A stretch of DNA of 64,000 bases from Escherichia coli O157 typing phage 13. The stretch lies in sequence record KP869111; one strand, 5' to 3'. Positions 57,901-64,000 of this stretch are shown piece by piece. The position numbers were made by a program, and so were the translations under genes. Every line of letters begins with the position of its first letter. Within the stretch, counting starts at the first letter, position 1. Below the pieces are notes generated by a model. The model was not told the origin of the DNA and searched no databases. It was given only the letters and a program-made list of their open reading frames with translations.

Positions 57901-58083
57901 TTATAGTGAATTCACGTAGTCAATGAGTTCTTGTTCTTTCCTGTCAAATGATTCCAACAATGCTTGATATTCTTCATCTGTTAAAGGAGCATATTCATCG
58001 TACGCATTGGTGGCTGCTTGCTCATCCAATAGGTCATGGATAAGTTCGAATAGTTTAGCTTTCTCTTCTTTAGTTAATTTCAT
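57901..58083 (-). CDS. hypothetical small acidic protein
   Basis: 60-aa ORF. Confidence 0.4.
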   Translation of the reverse strand: MKLTKEEKAKLFELIHDLLDEQAATNAYDEYAPLTDEEYQALLESFDRKEQELIDYVNSL

Positions 58084-58307
58084 TTAGGTTCACCTTCTTT
58101 AACGAAATCTGGGTAAGGGTAAAATCCTGAGTAAAACCCTTCACCTTTATGATTGCTACAACCTTTGTTCGAACAGTAACACCAATAATCAAAATCACAA
58201 GCCATTTCGTCATTGCATAAAGCAAAAACTACAGGCCATTCGCATTTTTCGCATTTAGCACCTGTAAGAATTTTTGTTTGACTCATAACCATGTCACCTT
58301 TAAGCAA
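58080..58307 (-). CDS. small Cys-rich protein
   Basis: 75 aa with 8 Cys (putative zinc binding). Confidence 0.4.
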   Translation of the reverse strand: MLKGDMVMSQTKILTGAKCEKCEWPVVFALCNDEMACDFDYWCYCSNKGCSNHKGEGFYSGFYPYPDFVKEGEPK

Positions 58308-58510
58308 TATTCTTCTACATGTTGTTTACGGCCTTTCTTATCAATAAAGGTATATTCAACGAATGTTCCGATGTAGTCTTTATCTACATCATGTGGACTA
58401 TTAATTGGACATTTGGTACGACAAATGCGTTCCCATTGACGAATAATTACTGCCTTATTCTTTGGGTCATATGGATGTGGATAATGTATATTCATAATAA
58501 CGGTTCCCAA
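58283..58510 (-). CDS. hypothetical small protein
   Basis: 75-aa ORF. Confidence 0.4.
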   Translation of the reverse strand: MGTVIMNIHYPHPYDPKNKAVIIRQWERICRTKCPINSPHDVDKDYIGTFVEYTFIDKKGRKQHVEEYCLKVTWL

Positions 58511-58989
58511 TCAACAATCACAATTTCTAGTTTAGTGGAATACGTATCTAAAATCTCTTCGATGACATCCCAGTTTCCGCCACCGATACCTGCACCAATT
58601 CTTGGCATATAAATTACAGGCTTTGTTATCTTATTCTTTCCGAATTCATTTAATTCTATTATACAATTCATTAAAGCAGAGTACTCAAAATTAGGTCCCG
58701 GCTCAAACTGCGTATAAAGATTAAAGCAATAAGCTTTATGGGTCTTAAAATATTTTTCATAAACCGAATAAGTCCCGAGTTTAGACTCGTCTCCGAATTC
58801 GGTTTGAAGTTTATCGGCTTCCAGAATTTTTGGATAAGCCTTTGCTAATTGTCCTGCCACACCGGCGCCCATTGTATGAAAACAATTACACCCATGAGCA
58901 ATATTATTACCTTTAGAAAACAGGGCGACAATATCGCCCTTGATATAGTTTTTAATCACTTGCTGCAAGTCCTCTAGTATAAGAGTCAA
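58492..58989 (-). CDS. macro-domain-like protein (putative ADP-ribose binding / ADP-ribosyl hydrolase)
   Basis: 165 aa; motifs NIAHGCNCFHTMGAGVAGQL and PRIGAGIGGG resemble macro domain glycine-rich loops. Confidence 0.45.
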   Translation of the reverse strand: MTLILEDLQQVIKNYIKGDIVALFSKGNNIAHGCNCFHTMGAGVAGQLAKAYPKILEADKLQTEFGDESKLGTYSVYEKYFKTHKAYCFNLYTQFEPGPNFEYSALMNCIIELNEFGKNKITKPVIYMPRIGAGIGGGNWDVIEEILDTYSTKLEIVIVDWEPLL

Positions 58990-59299
58990 CTAGACGGTCC
59001 ACCATAGAATTGCATGCTGCCTTATCTTTAGGTTCCGCCACCGAGCATTCTAATATTTGCCATTTTTTATAGTATCTTTTAATTAAGGTAGACGCCTTGA
59101 ACCTACTAGACGCCCCATCTTTTTCTCCGTCTTTATACGCGTATAACAATTTTTGTGAAAAATCTACTTTACACTCTTGACTTTTACCACAATAATCAGA
59201 CGCCGTTCTGTTTGTATACTCCGTTACATCAGTATATGTAGTATTAGCAAGAGCGTTAAATGAAACCAAGCTAACTATTAAAGCCAACATTTTGGTCAT
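58952..59299 (-). CDS. secreted Cys-containing protein
   Basis: 115 aa; signal peptide MTKMLALIVSLVSFNALA. Confidence 0.4.
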   Translation of the reverse strand: MTKMLALIVSLVSFNALANTTYTDVTEYTNRTASDYCGKSQECKVDFSQKLLYAYKDGEKDGASSRFKASTLIKRYYKKWQILECSVAEPKDKAACNSMVDRLVDSYTRGLAASD

Positions 59300-59838
59300 T
59301 CTTTTATTTCCAGTAGTTTATTTGATTTAAGGTAATTAGCCTTTTCTAGGACTTCAGAAGCATATTTACTTCCAGCACTTGTCTTCCATCCCGCATTATA
59401 TGAGGATATGGCTTTTCTTATATCCCCGTTATGTATATTTAACCAATAAGAAAATTCGATATAAGCCCATCTGGCTGAATTAGACCGCTTAGATAGCATT
59501 TTCTTAATTTGGGCATCAGTCATATTATAACCAAGCTGGTTAATTCTTGCCCTCATTGTTGGTAGATAGTTTTGGAACATTCCATACGCATGGTGACCTT
59601 TCTTATCTTTAAGATTAATACCGGCAGATGATTCTTGCCATAGTATTGCGGCCATTATGTATCCAAGTCCTTTCTTATGCATATTTTCATGCGTTTTAAA
59701 TTTTCCATCCTTAGAAAACTGTTCCCCAAACTGATAAGCATAATTCAAGTTATCGAGTTGGACATTACTAAAAGTATGCTCGGAGCTATGTGCTGATAAC
59801 GAAAGAGCAAATAGACCAGCGAGTAGTGCTTTTCTCAT
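59296..59838 (-). CDS. secreted lytic-transglycosylase-like (SLT domain) protein
   Basis: 180 aa; signal peptide; WQESS...AYGMFQ resembles the SLT catalytic E-S and GLMQ motifs. Confidence 0.55.
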   Translation of the reverse strand: MRKALLAGLFALSLSAHSSEHTFSNVQLDNLNYAYQFGEQFSKDGKFKTHENMHKKGLGYIMAAILWQESSAGINLKDKKGHHAYGMFQNYLPTMRARINQLGYNMTDAQIKKMLSKRSNSARWAYIEFSYWLNIHNGDIRKAISSYNAGWKTSAGSKYASEVLEKANYLKSNKLLEIKE

Positions 59839-59846
59839 GTTTACCT

Positions 59847-60305
59847 CTAGATTTTAATCACTGCTTTAGAAGCTTTTCCTGGTAGTCGTTTACTGTTAAT
59901 AATAGCCATTCTGCATTGAAGAGTCTTCATTTTGAATGCTGGATTTTCGCGACAAACTGTAAGTCCTAACCAAAGATTTCCATCAGTTATTTCTAAACGG
60001 CCTGGGCGATATTCGACACCTTCGACAAAATCTTCATCAACATCTGGACGGGCTGGCATTGATAAAAATTCTGCAACTTCTTTAACATGATTTTTTACTT
60101 TATGAAATAATTCAAAAACGTAATTCTCATCTATTTCTCTCTGGATGGCACGATCTAAGAGATGTTGAGAATACTTGATATGAAAGCCTGGTAGTCCAAG
60201 AGACTTTGCAGCATCTTTTATACTGGCATTTATTTTGCGGAACTCCGTTTCAAAGATTCGACGGAGTTTATTGCGGCGGATAAAAACGTCTGAATTGATA
60301 GTCAT
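59847..60305 (-). CDS. regB: RegB site-specific endoribonuclease
   Basis: 152 aa; MTINSDVFIRRNKLRR...KYSQHLLDRAIQREIDE matches T4 RegB. Confidence 0.85.
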   Translation of the reverse strand: MTINSDVFIRRNKLRRIFETEFRKINASIKDAAKSLGLPGFHIKYSQHLLDRAIQREIDENYVFELFHKVKNHVKEVAEFLSMPARPDVDEDFVEGVEYRPGRLEITDGNLWLGLTVCRENPAFKMKTLQCRMAIINSKRLPGKASKAVIKI

Positions 60306-60333
60306 TTTGATTTCTCCTCTAGTTGACAGGTCT

Positions 60334-60362
60334 ATAGTAACACAACTAGAGGAGAAGTAAAC
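60334..60362 (-). promoter_or_regulatory. early-type promoter GTTTAC-N17-TACTAT within inverted repeat (CCTCTAGTTG / CAACTAGAGG) pairing with regB SD
   Basis: arms at 60315-60324 and 60343-60352. Confidence 0.55.
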
Positions 60363-60661
60363 TACTCTTTGAAAGGAATTAACTTTTTAACTGCTTTAGA
60401 TACTTCGTCACGAACCTGGTGGAAGTTCTTGAGCTGTTCAAGGCGTTGTTCGTAATACGCAATCTCATCTTCTTCAAGACAATCGTCAGCGTCTTCTTTC
60501 AGATATGCCTTGTACTCATTAAAGAGGGCCCATAGGCGGTTCTCAAAGTCATCAAGGCTTTGAATTTTCTTGTGCTTCGGAACAAGGCCAAAAGGATTGC
60601 TTTCAGTTATGCGTCGAGATGCTTCATAATGAGTTCCAAAGCCTGATAGGATTTGAGCCAT
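60362..60661 (-). CDS. hypothetical protein
   Basis: Track ORF trimmed to MAQILSG with TAATG coupling. Confidence 0.4.
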   Translation of the reverse strand: MAQILSGFGTHYEASRRITESNPFGLVPKHKKIQSLDDFENRLWALFNEYKAYLKEDADDCLEEDEIAYYEQRLEQLKNFHQVRDEVSKAVKKLIPFKE

Positions 60662-60906
60662 TAGTATTTTTCCTCTGGTTGAAATACCGCACGACAAGCC
60701 CACATACTAGCTTCCTTTAGGCGTTCTTTAGCACAGTTCAATTGGGACAAAGCTGTCAAAGCTTCAGGAGTATTCGCAGACAACGCTTCTTCCGCCAAGG
60801 CATCGAAAATAAGCCCTAATCGAACTTCTGCATCTTTAATAGCGTTCACTTTACCGATTTTATCATCGGTATGCGGCTTGTAGCCTTTGATGTCTTCAAT
60901 CGACAT
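60661..60906 (-). CDS. hypothetical small protein
   Basis: Internal ATG (MSIEDIK) with GAGGAA SD; resolves overlap with 60896..61120. Confidence 0.35.
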   Translation of the reverse strand: MSIEDIKGYKPHTDDKIGKVNAIKDAEVRLGLIFDALAEEALSANTPEALTALSQLNCAKERLKEASMWACRAVFQPEEKY

Positions 60907-61120
60907 AAGGAATTTCCTCATCGGTGGCAAGGTCATATTCGACCAATTGGATAGGCTCATTAATACCATATCCACGTACAGTGATATCGGTTGTCGGATA
61001 TTTTCCAGTAATATCACCCATTCTAAATGCTTCAGTGAATGATTGCTCGCCTGAGCAACTAAACCAGGCGGCAAAACATTTTAAAACATCTTCAGACCCT
61101 TCTATAATCAATTTAGCCAT
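60896..61120 (-). CDS. hypothetical small acidic protein
   Basis: 74 aa; TAATG coupling to GrcA-like gene. Confidence 0.4.
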   Translation of the reverse strand: MAKLIIEGSEDVLKCFAAWFSCSGEQSFTEAFRMGDITGKYPTTDITVRGYGINEPIQLVEYDLATDEEIPYVD

Positions 61121-61482
61121 TATAGACTCTCAGTAAAGGTACGAGCGATAACGTCGCGCTGCTGTTCCGGGGTCAGAGAGTTAAAGCGAACTGCATAACC
61201 GGATACACGGATGGTCAGCTGTGGATATTTTTCCGGATGCTTAACTGCATCTTCCAGAGTTTCGCGACGCAGAACGTTAACGTTCAGATGTTGACCACCT
61301 TCAATTTTAACTTTAGGTTGATGTTCAATTTCAATTTCACGGGCATTCAAACCGTAGAAAATTTCCGGGTCTACAATAGCGTCTTCTTTAAAAGTCTTAG
61401 AGACGATAATCCGGGCTTGAGTACCGTCTTCAAAATAAATAGTGCCTTTATGTGCACCTTCAAGAATTTGATATGCTTTCAT
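61120..61482 (-). CDS. autonomous glycyl radical cofactor (GrcA/YfiD-like; T4 Y06I-type)
   Basis: 120 aa; C-terminal [59 protein letters not shown] with RVSGY glycyl radical motif, essentially as in enterobacterial GrcA. Confidence 0.75.
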   Translation of the reverse strand: MKAYQILEGAHKGTIYFEDGTQARIIVSKTFKEDAIVDPEIFYGLNAREIEIEHQPKVKIEGGQHLNVNVLRRETLEDAVKHPEKYPQLTIRVSGYAVRFNSLTPEQQRDVIARTFTESL

Positions 61483-61488
61483 ATAACC

Positions 61489-61797
61489 TCAATTAGAAAA
61501 TAAATTTATCCAAGTTTTTTCTTTAATCAAAAATGGGTCAGAACTAAACGCCATTAAACTTTGAGTGATTAATCCCTTAAATGGCCCATCAATAAATTCC
61601 ATTTTGAAATGCGGAATACTAGTCATCAACCGTGCGTTAGGAGCAGTACAAAGAACCTGCTGCCCTGCGAACGGACCTTTAGTCAAACGGTATCGTTTAG
61701 GTTTAAAATGGTAAATCTCGTAATTTTCTACAAGAGCCCTTTTATTGCATACTGGGCTGTTATAACAATATTCAAAAACTTCAATAGTGGTCATCAT
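61489..61797 (-). CDS. hypothetical protein
   Basis: 102-aa ORF. Confidence 0.45.
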   Translation of the reverse strand: MMTTIEVFEYCYNSPVCNKRALVENYEIYHFKPKRYRLTKGPFAGQQVLCTAPNARLMTSIPHFKMEFIDGPFKGLITQSLMAFSSDPFLIKEKTWINLFSN

Positions 61798-62333
61798 TGC
61801 ATTCCAATCACAAAAAATTGAGGACGAGCATTACCGCCGATGCAATATTTGCTTTTGCAGCAGTACTGTACTGTTTTAATATGGACATTGTAAATCTTAT
61901 CCATATCAGGAGCTTTAATAGGCTCGTCAATTATATACAGAATACGAGAAAGCGTTAATCCACGGAATTTAGAACCTTCATTGCCAATAAAACTACGAAC
62001 AGAATCAGTAAATAAACGGAATCGAATATCATCGCTAGAATAACGAGAAAATTCTTTTTCAATGTTACCAGCAGAAATTTTAGCATAAGCTGAAGTATTA
62101 GAAAGAACAATAACTGTTCCGCCATCATACAGCCAATTAGCAGCAAAGTTAGTCACAGCAATTGATTTACCGGATTGTCTGCCACCGTCTAAACGAAGTG
62201 TACAGTACTGCTTGAGTACGTCTTCAAACGGTGGGATATAACCGTTCTTACAAATTTCTTCTACTCTAGCATCAGAATGGTGTGTAAAAGCATTCATCAG
62301 GGATAGATAAGGTCCAGTTAAAAATGTTCTCAT
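61794..62333 (-). CDS. hypothetical P-loop-containing protein
   Basis: 179 aa; GGRQSGKS Walker-A-like. Confidence 0.45.
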   Translation of the reverse strand: MRTFLTGPYLSLMNAFTHHSDARVEEICKNGYIPPFEDVLKQYCTLRLDGGRQSGKSIAVTNFAANWLYDGGTVIVLSNTSAYAKISAGNIEKEFSRYSSDDIRFRLFTDSVRSFIGNEGSKFRGLTLSRILYIIDEPIKAPDMDKIYNVHIKTVQYCCKSKYCIGGNARPQFFVIGMQ

Positions 62334-62506
62334 TTAGTTTCTCTTTTATGTTGGGCCATTCCGTGGCACATGTTAGGTCCTTCGACTCGCTATGTAAACC
62401 CATTACCGCACTTGGGCTCGACATTATTACAGGTTGGAAAAGGTACATCACTCAGAGGACTCGACGTTCATGAGGAGAGGTTGCGTTTCCCTTTATTAGG
62501 CAAGAA

Positions 62507-62932
62507 TTATACTCTAGGCTTTTGAGCTTGTTTGGTATTGGATTCCCATGCGGCTTTGGTAATTTTGTTAGTGGCATAACCAAAGGCATTAGATAGAACA
62601 CCTTTAGAGTTGAATACATCCAATCCAATAAGTACACCGGCTGTGTTAAATTTAGGAGCAAAGTACGCATTAGTTTTAGAAAGAGCTTTTTTCAATTCNN
62701 NNNNNNNNNNNNNNNNNNNNNNNNNNNNNNNNNNNNNNNNNNNNNNNNNNNNNNNNNNNNNNNNNNNNNNNNNNNNNNNNNNNNNNNNNNNNNNAGGGTC
62801 TTGAACCAAACCATCAAAAACGCCTTTACTATTTACTTTATATGTTACTTTGGGATTTTTACCTTCTTCGATAGCAGCTTTCTGTTCCGCAGATAATGTA
62901 ACTTCAGTGATAAACTCCTGATATGTTTTCAT
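62507..62932 (-). CDS. head internal protein (IP) with capsid targeting sequence; ORF spans assembly gap
   Basis: N-terminus MKTYQEFITE is the T4 IP capsid-targeting signature; 32 codons are N. Confidence 0.5.
   Translation of the reverse strand: MKTYQEFITEVTLSAEQKAAIEEGKNPKVTYKVNSKGVFDGLVQDPXXXXXXXXXXXXXXXXXXXXXXXXXXXXXXXXELKKALSKTNAYFAPKFNTAGVLIGLDVFNSKGVLSNAFGYATNKITKAAWESNTKQAQKPRV
62699..62794. other. assembly gap (96 N)
   Basis: run of n characters. Confidence 0.95.
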
Positions 62933-62940
62933 TTTGTTCC

Positions 62941-63351
62941 TTAGTAAATTGATTTACCATAGTATTTGTACCAAGTCGGACGTTGAGCAATTTTTTCATC
63001 TAAGCGTGCTTGACTTATCGCAATGGACGCTTCGGACGGGACGTAATTATTACGAAATTCTACAGGAATGTCGGAAATATCCTGGACTGTCGTGTCCTTG
63101 ATTTTGAAACCACGTTTCAAGCATTCGGCGATTAGCTCGATTTGACGTAAACGTAAAAATTCGAGTTTGTCGTAAAAGAATGTTACGTGACCTGTGCCTA
63201 AGATAAATGTTGGAGAGATTTTAAAATCCTTTACACGTTTACCGTTTTGAACATGTTTACGGACTGCACCAAATACGCGTGGTAATTCACGATACTCAGC
63301 CATAAGATGTTGGTCGGACAGTTCAGAAACAAGTGTTAAATTGATACGAGT
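62941..63351 (-). CDS. denV: endonuclease V (pyrimidine dimer DNA glycosylase)
   Basis: [31 protein letters not shown] matches T4 DenV; start at MTRINL (track ORF extends 5 codons). Confidence 0.85.
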   Translation of the reverse strand, partial: TRINLTLVSELSDQHLMAEYRELPRVFGAVRKHVQNGKRVKDFKISPTFILGTGHVTFFYDKLEFLRLRQIELIAECLKRGFKIKDTTVQDISDIPVEFRNNYVPSEASIAISQARLDEKIAQRPTWYKYYGKSIY

Positions 63352-63381
63352 CATAATTTCCTCCAAGTAGTTGATGAATGT

Positions 63382-63411
63382 ATAGTATCAAAACTCTTGG
63401 AGGAAGTAAAC
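63382..63411 (-). promoter_or_regulatory. early-type promoter GTTTAC-N18-TACTAT with inverted repeat (CTCCAAG / CTTGGAG) around the denV SD
   Basis: seen on minus strand upstream of denV ATG. Confidence 0.5.
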
Positions 63412-63412
63412 A

Positions 63413-63694
63413 CTATTTTTCTGAAGCGCCTGAAATATATTTTTCAAGACGTTGTTTCATCAGCGAGCCGTTCTTAGCGATTTCTTCCGGTTTATCGCAC
63501 ATACGCAACAAGGCTTCAAGCTTAACGATATCACTGGTGCGCTCAAATTTGCGAGTATCTATCTTACTGGCAAGTTCAGAAATACGTGCTAATAGACTTT
63601 CAGCTTCAACCAAAGCTGCACCTAGCTTAGTTGCAAATGTGTCAGTAGCTTCGTTAAGAATAGATTCTGATAAAAATTCACTATATGTTTTCAT
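63413..63694 (-). CDS. head internal protein (IP) with capsid targeting sequence
   Basis: [10 protein letters not shown] at the N-terminus (track ORF begins 5 codons upstream); position of ipII/ipIII between denV and e. Confidence 0.5.
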   Translation of the reverse strand: MKTYSEFLSESILNEATDTFATKLGAALVEAESLLARISELASKIDTRKFERTSDIVKLEALLRMCDKPEEIAKNGSLMKQRLEKYISGASEK

Positions 63695-64000
63695 ATATAC
63701 GCTTTCCAAGTTCCTGTTTTAAATGTTGAGATTACGCGTTTCGCTCGATTAGGTGTCTGACGGTACCATTTAGATTGGGCTAGATTTACTGCCGCTTCAT
63801 CCCAACGTTTCTGTTGAAGCATACGAAGAGAATTAGTAAAACCAGCGACGCCTGCTACACCCATTTGGAAGACCATATTGACCAATGCACATCGACGAAC
63901 CGCATCTAAAGAATCATATACCGGTTTAAGTTTAGCATTACCCAAGATTCCGCGAACGGCTTTATCAACGTCTTCATTAAATAGCTTTTCAGCCTCATCA
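63691..64000 (-). CDS. e: lysozyme (endolysin e), C-terminal part; 5' end beyond window
   Basis: [36 protein letters not shown]...[15 protein letters not shown] matches T4 lysozyme residues about 60-160; frame open to window edge. Confidence 0.85.
   Translation of the reverse strand, partial: DEAEKLFNEDVDKAVRGILGNAKLKPVYDSLDAVRRCALVNMVFQMGVAGVAGFTNSLRMLQQKRWDEAAVNLAQSKWYRQTPNRAKRVISTFKTGTWKAYI

Noticed and set aside
62334-62506. Possible tRNA or small RNA gene in the GC-rich intergenic stretch
   Set aside because: No cloverleaf could be built: no GTTCRANYC T-loop with flanking 5-bp stem and no acceptor pairing. Retained only as an unexplained element in findings.
1-64000. CRISPR arrays, integrases, transposases or prophage attachment sites
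   Set aside because: No direct-repeat/spacer arrays and no recombinase-like ORFs seen; the window is a contiguous lytic-phage gene block.

Overview
This window is a T4-like (Tevenvirinae) myovirus early/middle gene region, read almost entirely on the minus strand. It runs from the 5' end of rIIA (start codon at 626) to the 3' part of lysozyme gene e (runs off the window at 64000). Recognisable T4 homologues in T4 order: rIIA, gp39 topoisomerase (single 605-aa ORF), dexA, dda, two ModA/ModB-like ADP-ribosyltransferases, soc, 56, 61, 41, uvsX, a TS-family hydroxymethylase, 43, regA, 62, 44, 45, 46, 47, 55, nrdG, nrdD, 49, nrdC, rI, tk, regB, a GrcA-like glycyl-radical protein, denV, CTS-bearing internal proteins and e. 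The gp43 sequence matches what I recall of the RB69 DNA polymerase, so this is probably RB69 or a close relative; I cannot verify that without a search. Relative to T4 I find no alpha-gt, beta-gt, dam or imm homologue, no homing endonuclease genes and no introns. Instead there are two accessory loci: (i) a GT-B-like glycosyltransferase between gene 39 and rIIA, and (ii) an island between uvsX and gene 43 holding a P-loop kinase, a 299-aa unknown, the hydroxymethylase, a Cys-rich protein, a HAD-like phosphatase, a fused sugar-1-P nucleotidyltransferase/kinase and a SIS-domain sugar-phosphate isomerase. Together these look like a phage-encoded NDP-pentose (arabinose-type) synthesis and transfer system for glycosylating 5-hmC DNA. 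The window also has a dense array of sigma70-type early promoters (GTTTAC-N17/18-TAyTAT) embedded in hairpins that would sequester the downstream Shine-Dalgarno in read-through transcripts, plus UUCG-loop terminators and two TATAAATA late promoters. Coordinates follow the supplied ORF track; starts were moved to an internal ATG where the track's first codon was a TTG/GTG or an SD pointed elsewhere. Two N-runs (3942-4088, 62699-62794) are assembly gaps.
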